From Ignavibacteriota bacterium (lineage in GTDB: Bacteria; Bacteroidota; Ignavibacteria; UBA10030; UBA6906), in the NCBI GenBank assembly GCA_963843525.1, contig CAWJKM010000005.1, positions 691,660 to 755,659 on the forward strand: a stretch of 64,000 nt of DNA, given 5' to 3'. Below the pieces are notes generated by a model. It saw nothing but the letters and a program-made list of their open reading frames with translations, was not told the origin of the DNA and ran no database searches. The position numbers and the translations under genes are program-made. Below are positions 17,787 through 27,780 of this stretch, one piece after another. Numbering within the stretch: position 1 is the stretch's first letter; every line of letters begins with the position of its first letter.

Positions 17787-19670
17787 GTGTTGACCTTGAA
17801 AATAAAGAAAACAACTGCTTTCTGGCGCTTTCTGTTGATTCTCCTTCCTCTCGCCACCTTTCCCCAGGCCGGATTTTCTCAAACGTCTGATCCAACCGTA
17901 AAATTCCGGCTGGCGACGGCCCTTGAGCAGGCGAACGATTTCGAACACGCGCTGAAGCTCTACCAGGAGCTCGAGACAAAAGATTCCACCAACACCGTGT
18001 ATGCAGACGCGGTTCAACGGCTGCTCATTCAACTGAAGCGGTATGATGAGGTGGTCGCGTTCATGAACAACCGCCTCAAGAGGACTCCCCAGGATCCCGG
18101 TTTGCTGGTCACGCTGGGCACGGTGTACTATCGCGCCGGCAAAGAAAACGACGCGTATACAACCTGGCAGCGAGTCATCGATCTCAGCCCCAAGAACCCG
18201 AACGTCTATCGCCTGGTGGCCTCGGCAGAGCTGGAAAACAGGCTTCTCGATCGGGCTGTTGGAACGTACCGGAAGGGACGAGAAGCCGTCGGCGACCCAA
18301 CGATGTTCAATCTTGAACTTGCGCAGTTGCTCGTTGCGACAATGGACTATGCCGGAGCAACGGCGGAATACCTTGGCTGGCTCGCGCACAATCCTTCACA
18401 GGTGGCCTTTGTCGAAAACAGGCTCAGTGCCTTCACCGCAAAACCCGACGGACGTGCGCAAGCAATTACAACGGTACTCCAGGCCATTCATGAGAAATCG
18501 GATCAGGGACTCTACGAAATCCTGGGCTGGCTGTATATCGAAGGGAAGGAATGGGAGAAGGCCTATGATGCCTATACGGAGATCGATAAACTCGTAGGCG
18601 CCAACGGCGCCGGACTGACCGCACTTGCGGACCGCGCTCTCAATGAGCACGAATACCCCATCGCGGTAAGAGCATACAAAGCCGCGCTCACCGAGAACCT
18701 CTCCGATCAGCGCCGTCCACTGGTGATGTATGGGTATGCCTCCGCACTGAAAGAGCTCGCGCTCGGGAAGGACACTTCTGCCGTAAGGGAAGATCGCATT
18801 TCGTCACGGGTCACCGAGGTCCCTTCTTCCGATGCCGCTGTCTACGCGTACCAGGATCTGATCACACGCTATCCTCACCACCAGCTTGCTGCGCTGGCCT
18901 ATTTTTCGATCGGTCTTTTGCGAATGGAACGCGACGAAGATCTCGACGCTGCAAAGATTTCGTTTGAGCGTGCGCGCGATGATCCGGCAGGCCCGCCGGT
19001 TTTGAAATTTGAAGCAGCCCTCCGCCTCGGCGACCTCGCGACGTGGAGGGGGGATACTGCAACAGCACGCAAGATGTATCTGTGGGTGTCTTCGCGGCAG
19101 GATGCCACGCCCGATCAGAGCGATGAAGGAACATTTCGCGTCGCGGAACTGGATTACTTCGGCGGCAACTTTCCATCGGCACAATCGCTGCTGAACACCA
19201 TGTCGCTCAATGTGAAAGCTGATTTTGCCAACGATGCTCTGGCCCTGAAGGCGTTCCTGCAAGAAAACATCGGCACTCCCGACGCCCTCCGCGCCTTTGC
19301 CCGGGCGGACCTGACCGCACGACAGCATAGAAATTCCGAAGCCATTCAAATGTTCAGGGATGTGATCGAGCGATTCCCCCAGTCCCAGTTGGTGGATGAC
19401 GCGCTTATGAAAATGGCCGGAATTCAGGCGCAGGGGGGACAGTACAACGATGCTGTGGCGACGTACCAGACGCTTCTCGACAAATTCAAGAAGAGCAGTA
19501 TCGACCTCGACCGGGCCCAGTTTATGATGGGTGATGTGTATCAGTCCGGACTCCATAACGTGACCGCTGCAATTGCTGCATATGAACAGCTCCTTGCCAC
19601 CTACCCAAAGTCGCTGATGGCGGACGAAGCGCGGAGAAGGATTAGACTTTTGAGAGGGGAAGTGCAATGA
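17787..19670 (+). CDS. Periplasmic TPR-repeat protein
   Basis: Signal peptide and repeated TPR helices ending in 'P.S' turns. Overlaps the next gene (ATGA). Start uncertain (TTG). Confidence 0.85.
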   Translation: MLTLKIKKTTAFWRFLLILLPLATFPQAGFSQTSDPTVKFRLATALEQANDFEHALKLYQELETKDSTNTVYADAVQRLLIQLKRYDEVVAFMNNRLKRTPQDPGLLVTLGTVYYRAGKENDAYTTWQRVIDLSPKNPNVYRLVASAELENRLLDRAVGTYRKGREAVGDPTMFNLELAQLLVATMDYAGATAEYLGWLAHNPSQVAFVENRLSAFTAKPDGRAQAITTVLQAIHEKSDQGLYEILGWLYIEGKEWEKAYDAYTEIDKLVGANGAGLTALADRALNEHEYPIAVRAYKAALTENLSDQRRPLVMYGYASALKELALGKDTSAVREDRISSRVTEVPSSDAAVYAYQDLITRYPHHQLAALAYFSIGLLRMERDEDLDAAKISFERARDDPAGPPVLKFEAALRLGDLATWRGDTATARKMYLWVSSRQDATPDQSDEGTFRVAELDYFGGNFPSAQSLLNTMSLNVKADFANDALALKAFLQENIGTPDALRAFARADLTARQHRNSEAIQMFRDVIERFPQSQLVDDALMKMAGIQAQGGQYNDAVATYQTLLDKFKKSSIDLDRAQFMMGDVYQSGLHNVTAAIAAYEQLLATYPKSLMADEARRRIRLLRGEVQ

Positions 19671-20929
19671 AGAAACTCTTTGTGGCAATGGTGTTGTTCG
19701 CGACCATCGCGTCCGCACAGCAGAAGATCCTCATCTACATGGATCTCAAACAGACCGATCACCTCAAAGCCTACGGGATCGCCTACTGGGTCCTTACCAA
19801 AGGAATGACTGTGGATTGGTTGCTCAACTACCGTGGCGGGTCATTTATGGTTGACGACCGGGATTTCATCGCAAACGAATGTCGCATCAGGGGAGTGGCG
19901 TTCTCGGAGCTGGGTGCGACGGACGCCAGCGCCATCTATGCCGACGTGCAGCGCGAAGACAACAACATGGATGTGGTCAAACTGGAAAAGGCTCCCCGCG
20001 TCGCCGTCTATGTCCCCCCCGATTTCCAACCGTGGGACGATGCAGTCACCCTTGCCCTTGAGTACGCGGAAATCAAGTACGATAAATTGTGGGACGACGA
20101 AGTCCTCCAGGGGAAACTGCAGGAATATGACTGGCTGCATCTGCACCACGAGGATTTTACGGGACAGTACGGTAAATTCTATGCTTCGTTTGCCGGCGCG
20201 TCATGGTACATCGAACAACAGGCCACCCTCGAAAAAGAAGCGCGCAAGCTTGGATTTAAAAAGGTCTCCGAAGAAAAGAAGGCCGTGGCGCGCGCCATAA
20301 AACAGTTCGTCGCGAACGGCGGGTTCCTGTTTGCGATGTGTTCCGCGACGGACACCTACGATATCGCGCTCGCTGCGGAGAACACGGACATTTGCGACGT
20401 CATGTACGATGGCGACCCTCCCGATCCCGATGCACAGAAGAAGCTCGATTTCTCCAAGACCCTTGCCTTCACCGATTTTACCCTCGAGATGAACCCACTG
20501 CGGTATGAGTACTCGGACATCGACGACCCGCCGAGCGATGCGCTGGGCGCTCAAAACCCGGAGACTGATTATTTCACGTTGTTTGACTTCAGCGCAAAGT
20601 TCGATCCTGTTCCCACCATGCTGACACAGGACCATGTCAATGTGATCAAGGGGTTCCTCGGCCAGACGACGGGATTCAAAAAAAGCCTCATTAAGCGGTC
20701 GGTGACGATTCTGGCCCAAAAAGAGGGAACAGATCAGGTGAAGTACTTGCATGGGAACTACGGGAGAGGTACATTCACATTCTACGGGGGGCATGATCCG
20801 GAGGACTACCAGCACGCGGTGGGTGATCCCCCGACGGATCTCTCGCTGCATAAGAACTCCCCCGGTTATCGTCTCATCCTGAACAATATTCTTTTCCCGG
20901 CTGCGAAGAAAAAAGAGCAGAAAACGTAA
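19667..20929 (+). CDS. Conserved secreted protein of the Bacteroidota family often labelled 'asparagine synthetase B'; probable class I glutamine-amidotransferase-like fold
   Basis: 'Q.DHLKAYGIAYW.L....VDWLLNYRGGSF', 'PWDDAVTLAL.YAEI', 'DWLHLHHEDFTGQYGKF', 'FAMCSATD' and 'GGHDPEDY'. Signal peptide present. Confidence 0.8.
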   Translation: MKKLFVAMVLFATIASAQQKILIYMDLKQTDHLKAYGIAYWVLTKGMTVDWLLNYRGGSFMVDDRDFIANECRIRGVAFSELGATDASAIYADVQREDNNMDVVKLEKAPRVAVYVPPDFQPWDDAVTLALEYAEIKYDKLWDDEVLQGKLQEYDWLHLHHEDFTGQYGKFYASFAGASWYIEQQATLEKEARKLGFKKVSEEKKAVARAIKQFVANGGFLFAMCSATDTYDIALAAENTDICDVMYDGDPPDPDAQKKLDFSKTLAFTDFTLEMNPLRYEYSDIDDPPSDALGAQNPETDYFTLFDFSAKFDPVPTMLTQDHVNVIKGFLGQTTGFKKSLIKRSVTILAQKEGTDQVKYLHGNYGRGTFTFYGGHDPEDYQHAVGDPPTDLSLHKNSPGYRLILNNILFPAAKKKEQKT

Positions 20930-20957
20930 TTCCAGCCACGCACCCGATGGAGGAACC

Positions 20958-21590
20958 ATGAAACGGCTTGTACTTCTCTGCAGTTTCTTTCTGCTTTCAT
21001 CAGCGGCACTTGCACAGATTCCGTCGATAGGATTCGGCGTTCACGCGAACATCACCAACGGAAACTTCCCGGGACCGGAAGTGAACGGATCCACGGCCCT
21101 GAAAGATGTGTACGGCTCCGGTTTCGGCGCCGGCGCTCATCTGGATATCCATACCGTAGTGCTGGGCCTTCGATTCTCCGCGGACTATCTCAAGTTCTCT
21201 CCTGACAACGACAAGTACCGCGCGGGACTTGCGGACTGGATCGGCGGAGCAGCGTCGCAGTTCTCCGTCGACGGCGGCAGCATCACCTACTGGTCCATCA
21301 GTGCAAACGCCAAGCTGCCCATCCTGCCGCTTCCGATAATTTCTCCCTACCTCACGGGAGGGATCGGCCTCGGCGTCATCAGTGTCGGCGATGCAAAGAT
21401 CCTTCAGAACAACGTCGAAACGAAGGGGATTCCGGGTTTTTCTTCAGAAAGCAAAACGGCGCTGAACGTGGGCGCGGGTGTGGACTTCAAGATCGGCATC
21501 ACCCTGTTTGTGGAGGTCCGCTACACCTGGGTCATGACGGACCCGAAGACCAGTACGCTGGTCCCCGTCATGCTCGGCATTACATTCTAG
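20958..21590 (+). CDS. Small outer-membrane beta-barrel protein (OmpA/OmpW-like)
   Basis: Signal peptide, 'PYLTGGIG', 'NVGAGVDF', 'LFVEVRY' and C-terminal Phe. GGAGG RBS. Confidence 0.85.
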   Translation: MKRLVLLCSFFLLSSAALAQIPSIGFGVHANITNGNFPGPEVNGSTALKDVYGSGFGAGAHLDIHTVVLGLRFSADYLKFSPDNDKYRAGLADWIGGAASQFSVDGGSITYWSISANAKLPILPLPIISPYLTGGIGLGVISVGDAKILQNNVETKGIPGFSSESKTALNVGAGVDFKIGITLFVEVRYTWVMTDPKTSTLVPVMLGITF

Positions 21591-21618
21591 CCAATGAGAG
21601 TTGGATAGCCACCGGAGG

Positions 21619-23085
21619 TTACTCCCCCTGGTGTCGGTGTTTGATCCGTGCCCTTCCGATCCAACAGTCGGCACACCGGCCGGCTCTGCAATATGCATTA
21701 TACAGTTGAAGGAGCGCCTGCTGACCGGAAGCGCCGCGGAGGAGAAACCGGCCTTTCACCAGATCCCGATTCATTTGGAGAGTCACACAATTTTCCTGGG
21801 CAGGGGGCAACGCAGCATAGAGACCGATTGCGCCACGCCGGACTCTGCCGTCCCGGAAGACGCAGGAATATAGCAACAACAACGGAACGATCGTGTTGAC
21901 GAGAATGTCGATGATCCTTCCTCTCCCAAGCACCGCCCCGCTCCTCCCTCTCGCCGGACCAAACATGCATCGGGTTTCCCAGTATGTGCTCGGCCGGACC
22001 CTGTACATCCCCTCAAATTCCTGAACGATTTGTGGTCTGGACCCGTATGGTGCACGGGCGATATCGATGCATTGCCGGAATCCTGTTCTCCCGAACAATT
22101 TTGGCAAGAGCGTGGCCATCATCGCCAAACGGGCCGTGGGAAAATTCACGGGGCGCATTCGGAAGAACAGCCAATCAGCCGGGTCGAGAATGGAGCTCCG
22201 GAAAAACGGTCGGACTTCCCGCCATCGATTCTGAAGCGCCAGGATGTATCGTACACTCTCCTCATCATAATGCCCGAGGGGATCGGGAAGCAGTCCTGAA
22301 GCGCCGAAGAGCAACGCCTCCATCGTCCGGGTGTCCTCGAAGGAGAATTTCCGGAGAAGGTCCAGCGGAAGCGATCGGGCAAGCGATCTCATCGATTGCC
22401 TGTTCTTTGCGTATCCCAGCCCGTCCATCGTCCCTTCATACAGAAGCTGTTCCCAGAGTGATTTCGCCGCAAGATCCTGCCGGGAGTAGGTCAGCCCCGA
22501 AGGCGGGACGATGTCGTCTGCATACGGAGGGTCCGGGCCGGGTTCACAGAGGAGGTTCTTCCGGTCCTGCGCGAGTTCTTTGAGACGATCCTCCAAACGT
22601 GATACTTTATTCTGAAGTCTCTCCTGTCTCATGATGCGGAGCCAGCGCCGGATAAGGGGCACGGGAAGAGTGTGATTCCAGGAGGTACAGGGAAGGAGCG
22701 AAGGTTGAGGAGCGCGTGCCGCCTGGTTCAGCCGTAAGGCGGATGGGCCATCGACCTCGAGAAGCGGCACAACCCGCCCGGTCGCCGTACGAGTGATAAA
22801 ATGAGGAGACCGGCAGACGACATGAAGTATCACGCCGTTATAGTGCGGGTCCGACTCATGTCCATGCGTTGACCACGACCTTGCGTCCACGTGCAATTCA
22901 ACATCTCCGCGGTACAGTGTCCCGCCGATGCGGATCAGCGCATCGTGGAAATCCGGACCGCCATCGGGATTGAGGACTCCTGGTTCGAGGATCGTGACCT
23001 TCCTGCCGTCAGAGGTCGCGAGCGTGCCCGGGAACGAACGGGATTGCCACATTGTGCTGAGAACGGACTCATACAAAGGGGACAT
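21619..23085 (-). CDS. DUF2851 family protein
   Basis: 'PG..N.DGGPDF..A.I.I....GDVELH....W..HGH..DP.YN.VILHVV', 'F.RMRP.NFPT.RLA', 'NT..PL' and C-terminal 'YC....C..C'. Confidence 0.9.
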   Translation of the reverse strand: MSPLYESVLSTMWQSRSFPGTLATSDGRKVTILEPGVLNPDGGPDFHDALIRIGGTLYRGDVELHVDARSWSTHGHESDPHYNGVILHVVCRSPHFITRTATGRVVPLLEVDGPSALRLNQAARAPQPSLLPCTSWNHTLPVPLIRRWLRIMRQERLQNKVSRLEDRLKELAQDRKNLLCEPGPDPPYADDIVPPSGLTYSRQDLAAKSLWEQLLYEGTMDGLGYAKNRQSMRSLARSLPLDLLRKFSFEDTRTMEALLFGASGLLPDPLGHYDEESVRYILALQNRWREVRPFFRSSILDPADWLFFRMRPVNFPTARLAMMATLLPKLFGRTGFRQCIDIARAPYGSRPQIVQEFEGMYRVRPSTYWETRCMFGPARGRSGAVLGRGRIIDILVNTIVPLLLLYSCVFRDGRVRRGAIGLYAALPPAQENCVTLQMNRDLVKGRFLLRGASGQQALLQLYNAYCRAGRCADCWIGRARIKHRHQGE

Positions 23086-23141
23086 GGATGCCGGGGACTG
23101 GTGGAGCGCAGGAGAGTACGGGTGCTGAAAACAAAAAAGAG

Positions 23142-23176
23142 AGTAAGCAGTGGACAGTAAGCGGTAGGCGGAAGGC
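23142..23176. repeat. Degenerate heptamer tandem repeat, 5 units
   Basis: AGTAAGC AGTGGAC AGTAAGC GGTAGGC GGAAGGC, just beyond the pyrF stop. Confidence 0.6.
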
Positions 23177-23190
23177 GGAGCCCCGGGTGC

Positions 23191-24009
23191 CTAGAAATAC
23201 TTTTCGCGCAGTGCGTTGATTTCGTCGCGGAGGGCGATGGCGGCGCGGCGGGCTGCCGTTGCGAAATCCTCTCCGCCGGAAGCATAGATGATGCTCCGGC
23301 TTGCATTGATGACGGCTAATTCTCCATGCCGGTCGCATCCGTACCGTATCGCGGACTTCAAATCTCCCCCCTGGGCGCCGATGCCGGGGATGAGAATGGG
23401 CATGTCCGGAACCAGGTGACGGATGCGCTGTAATTCTTTCGGCCGCGTTGCCCCCACGACGAGACCGCAATTCTTCTTCCTGTTCCATTTCTTGACCCGC
23501 CGGATGACCTGTTCATACAGCGGCCGGCCTTTCACTTTCAGATACTGGAAATCCTTCGCACCGGGATTGGACGTCACGGCCAGGATAAACGCACCCTGGT
23601 AGCTGTTTTTCAGAAACGGTTGGACGGAATCTTCACCCATATACGGATTGACGGTCGTGGCGCCGAACTCATAGTCATCGACCAGAAGCTTTGCATACAT
23701 TTCCGACGAATTTCCGATGTCGCCGCGTTTCGCGTCGCCGATCGTCACAATCTCTTCCGGAATACGGGCGAGGGTCTGGTGGACGGTATACCAGCCGTGC
23801 TCTCCGGTCGATTCATAGAAGGCGAGGTTGATCTTGTACGCACAGACAAGATCCTTCGTGGCGTCGATGATGCGGCGATTGAACTCAAACACCGGGTCGC
23901 CATAGGCGAAGAGGGATTCGGGGACCTTCGAGATGTCCGTGTCGAGTCCGATGCAGAGGAGGCTATTCGCTTTTCGTTGGATCCGTCGGAGACGCTGGGA
24001 GAAGTTCAT
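23191..24009 (-). CDS. pyrF: Orotidine-5'-phosphate decarboxylase (subfamily 2)
   Basis: 'LCIGLD', 'YKINLAFYE', 'DAKRGDIGNS', 'TVNPYMG', 'GLVVGAT', 'PGIGAQGG' and 'NASRSI'. Confidence 0.97.
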   Translation of the reverse strand: MNFSQRLRRIQRKANSLLCIGLDTDISKVPESLFAYGDPVFEFNRRIIDATKDLVCAYKINLAFYESTGEHGWYTVHQTLARIPEEIVTIGDAKRGDIGNSSEMYAKLLVDDYEFGATTVNPYMGEDSVQPFLKNSYQGAFILAVTSNPGAKDFQYLKVKGRPLYEQVIRRVKKWNRKKNCGLVVGATRPKELQRIRHLVPDMPILIPGIGAQGGDLKSAIRYGCDRHGELAVINASRSIIYASGGEDFATAARRAAIALRDEINALREKYF

Positions 24010-24118
24010 GGGGGCCTGTCGATTCGTCAAGCGGGAAGATACGGAAGAAAGAGGAACTTATACAAGCGACTGATGGAGACCGGCCACTCGAAATGAATCC
24101 GGCAACCCGTCCGACAGG

Positions 24119-25351
24119 TCAGAACTGGCTTACATCTCTCCCGAAGACAAGCGCTTTGAACCAGTCAAAGAGGACGAGCACTTTATTTTTCAGGCTTATG
24201 ATGCGCGTGATATACGCTGATCTCCAGAAGAGCCATGTTGCCCACCCCTTGCCTTTGTATGCCTCAAGGTCCGCCAGCGCGCGGTTGTTTCCGATGTAGG
24301 CGAGCATGCCCAGAGAGCGATACTCGAAGGGCTTCGTCGGCTCATTGATCGCCCGCGCATTCAGTTGTCTGGCGAGATACCTTCCCTCCTGTTGCGCCAC
24401 CTGGGCGGTTGCAGGCAGTCGCAGTGTCTGAACCGTGGCACAATCCCCCAGGGCATACAGATCCGCCTGACCTACGACGCGAAGGAAAGAATCGACCAGC
24501 AGAAGCTCACGGTTGTCTTTCGGAAGGGAGAGTCCGCGGATGAATTCTGTCGGTCCGTTTCCCGCAGACCAGAGGAGGAGGCCATAGGAAAGGCTGGATC
24601 CGTCGGCGAGGGTGACCGTGGAGGCGTCGACCCGGGTGACCGGGACGGATGTGAGCACGGTAATCCTTGCGCGGCGAAAGAGATCCGCAGTGTATTCCCG
24701 GAGCTTTCTGTCGAAGCTATGGAGGATAGCGCGGGAGGCCTCGACGATCGTGATGCGTGCCAGCGGAACGAGATGCGGATAAGCACGCGTCAGATCTTCC
24801 GTGAGGAAGTCGTTCAATTCGGCGGCAAACTCCACGCCGGTGGGCCCTCCGCCGCAGACAATGAAATGAAGGAGCCGGCTCTTCTCCTCAGGCCCGACCG
24901 TGGGGATGTTGGCTTGCTCAAAACAGCGAATGATGTGCTGTCGGAGCACCCGGGCTTCGTTCAGTTCTTTCAGATTCAGGGCATGTTCAGTGACCCCGGG
25001 AACGTTGAACGAGCTCGTCACAGCACCGACGGCAATCACGAGGTGATCGTAGTCGACTTCAAACGGTCGTCGGTCTGCAACGGAAGCGCACCGGACGATC
25101 TTCCTTGCGGTGTCGAGCTCCATCGCCTTTGCCCAGTAGAAGCGCAGGTCTTTCCGGGCGTACCGGATCGGCTCGATGATACTGCGGAATTCGATTGTGC
25201 CGACTGTTGTACTCGGAAGGAGCGGAGTGAAAAGGAAGTGATTGCGCGGACTCACGACGGTAATGTCGTACCCGCTCTTCAGGTGCTTCACAAGATTGAA
25301 TGCGCCGAAACCGGTGCCGAGGACAACGAGACGCTGGAGAGGAGATTTCAT
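24119..25351 (-). CDS. ndh: Type II NADH:quinone oxidoreductase
   Basis: Two Rossmann motifs (VLGTGFGA, VCGGGPTGVEFAAEL), 'FTPLLP', 'ALGDC' and 'PATAQVAQQEG'. Confidence 0.93.
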   Translation of the reverse strand: MKSPLQRLVVLGTGFGAFNLVKHLKSGYDITVVSPRNHFLFTPLLPSTTVGTIEFRSIIEPIRYARKDLRFYWAKAMELDTARKIVRCASVADRRPFEVDYDHLVIAVGAVTSSFNVPGVTEHALNLKELNEARVLRQHIIRCFEQANIPTVGPEEKSRLLHFIVCGGGPTGVEFAAELNDFLTEDLTRAYPHLVPLARITIVEASRAILHSFDRKLREYTADLFRRARITVLTSVPVTRVDASTVTLADGSSLSYGLLLWSAGNGPTEFIRGLSLPKDNRELLLVDSFLRVVGQADLYALGDCATVQTLRLPATAQVAQQEGRYLARQLNARAINEPTKPFEYRSLGMLAYIGNNRALADLEAYKGKGWATWLFWRSAYITRIISLKNKVLVLFDWFKALVFGRDVSQF

Positions 25352-25521
25352 GGGTGCTGGCTGACCGTTTCATGAATAACACCGGCGAGCGTGGACCTGT
25401 TCCGTTGGGAGGGCAACCCCGCTATATCCTCAGGGAGCAAATTGGGTTTTGCTTCCAAAAATAGTAGTTTGGAGGGTAGGGGCTACCGGGAAGCCTGTAC
25501 AACGATGTGGAGACAAACACG

Positions 25522-27748
25522 ATGCGGTCACGATCGATTTGTTCTTTCCTCTTTTTCGCCCTCCTCTCCCCATCCTCTCTGTTTTCGCAGACCCCGCTCA
25601 AGGAACGGGGCTTCCTCGACTCGCTCCTTGTCACAGGACGGCAATTCCTGGAGACAGAGCGTCCCGATTCGGCGCGGGCGGCATTTCAGATTGTCTCTGT
25701 CGAGGCACTGGAAACCGCTGTTGGCGCAATTCGGCATTGTCCAGGCCGATATGATGAAGGAAGACTGGAGCTCCGCTGTAAAAGTGTGCGATGACATCCT
25801 CCACGACGATCGACAAAACCTGCTGGCGCACTATTACGCCGGGATCTGTCGACGTGAACTCGGTTACTTCAAGAACGCCACCAGCCATTTCCAGGCTATC
25901 CTCGAACGCGATTCTCTGTACCGCGACGTTTTGTATCAGTGCGCTCTGGTTCGTGAGTATGACGGCGACTTCGACGGTGCAATCGAATGGGGGCTGCGGC
26001 AGGTGCGGAAGCACCCCGATTCCGTCGGAGCGCAAATCGGCCTCTTCCGTATTTTCAGGCATGCTCTCTTTCAGACCGATTTCGGGGATGCCTTATCACA
26101 ACTGCGCGCCCGGACCGACAACTATTCCGAACATGCCATCGGTGAGCTTCTCCGAAGACACAAACGGTATTCCGAGGCCGTCGACATTTTCCGGAACCTG
26201 CTCAAGGAGAAGGATTTTCCCTCTCAAGCGAGTTGCCTGTCGCTGGCCCTGACGTATGTCCAGATGGGAGAAGATTCCGCCGCGGCGGCTGTGTACTGGG
26301 AGGGGGTCAATACGATCACCAATAAGGTTGATGCTGCAATCATTTTCGAGAATCTGAAGTACATCATCTCCGATCATGAGCTGGATGAGTATCGGAGGGC
26401 AACGACCCCGACTGCGATGCAAGAGTGGTTCCGCCGGTTCTGGGAGATCCGGAACCCGGTCCCCACCTCGCCATTCAATATGCGACTGATTGAACATCTG
26501 CAGCGGTTTGCCCGGGCGGAGAAGGAGTTTGAATACTTTGGAAATCGTTCCCGGTACAGAAACCGCGACCAATTGATCCGGGCACGACTCCCCCGCACGT
26601 TTAAACTCAACAGAGAATTTAACGACAAGGGGTTGATCTATCTCCGGCAGGGGCCACCGGACGCGGTACAACAACGGCCGCGTCAGGGGGTCCCGGAAAC
26701 CATACAGCCGGAAGTCGTGCAGTTCGACGCGCACGAATCCTGGTTGTATAGCAAGTCCGGATCGACAGTTGGGAAGGTGTTCAACTTTGTCTGCTATAAT
26801 GGAGGGCAGAACTATTGGGCGTTGGTCACTCTTCCGCTGGACGAGGGGATGAGCTCCCAGCTCAGAGTCTGGGATATCCGATATTCAGAACTTGGCAACC
26901 CTCAGACTGAAGCAGAACTCGAATCGTACCAAAGTGAAACGGCGGTCGCCGCGCTCAAATCTGATCGTCCGGCATGGGGGACAGATATCAAGGTTCTTCC
27001 GATCCCCCATTCGATCAGCGCGTTCCGGGCGGCCGACGGGAAGACGCTTCTTGACATAAGCTATGCCATACCTGTGGACCAGGCGGCAGACATGATGCCC
27101 GATTCGGGCGGAGTGATGCCGATTGAAGTGGGAGTTTCATTCCTGTCGTTAACGGGAAAGGAAAACATCTCACGTGTGGACAGTCTTTTCCTTTCCGTCT
27201 CCCGGGATTCCCGGGGATCGTATATTTCTCTCTATAGGAATGCACTGGTTCCGGATTCCGTTCGCATCGCGATGTCCGTGCGCGCGATGGGGAATGAACT
27301 CGTGGGGACGTGGGATGAATTTCTGAAGGTTCCCGACTATTCGGGCAGGGACTTCACTCTCAGCGATCTCCAGTTGCTCATCCCCTCAACACTCCCTTCA
27401 TCCATTGAAATTGAAGGAGTGAAAGTTGTCCAGAGTCCATTCGGCGTCTACCGGAGAAGTTCGGTCTTCTACACCTATCTTCAGATGTACAATCTCGTCA
27501 AAGACGCGGACGGAAAGACTCGCTACACGGCACAGTACAGTCTTGTCCCGCGCGATCCCGCAAAAGCGGATGAAACAGTGAGTCTGGGAGATATCACCAG
27601 GGATTTGTCCGAAGAGACCTTCGCCGATTTCCACCCGCTGGATCTCTCGGGTGTCGAACCGGGCAGATACCGGCTTACCGTTTCCATCACCGACAGGAAA
27701 AGGATGGAAACACTGGTTCGGGCGAGAGATATCGACGTGATTCCGTGA
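25522..27748 (+). pseudogene. Secreted TPR plus GWxTD-like domain protein, apparently frameshifted near 25690-25730
   Basis: The signal-peptide ORF from ATG 25522 is in one frame (stop at 25794). The TPRs, 'FWEIRNP.P....N....EH..R...A' and 'NDKGLIYLRQGPPD' are in another frame whose own N-terminus is not protein-like. Confidence 0.65.
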
Positions 27749-27780
27749 GGGAGGAGGGACTGCGGGAGGGGGGCGGGCGA

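Noticed and set aside
25391-25521. N-terminal extension of the 785-aa ORF as the true start
   Set aside because: The sequence is not protein-like and has no signal peptide. The alternative-frame start at 25522 is more credible.
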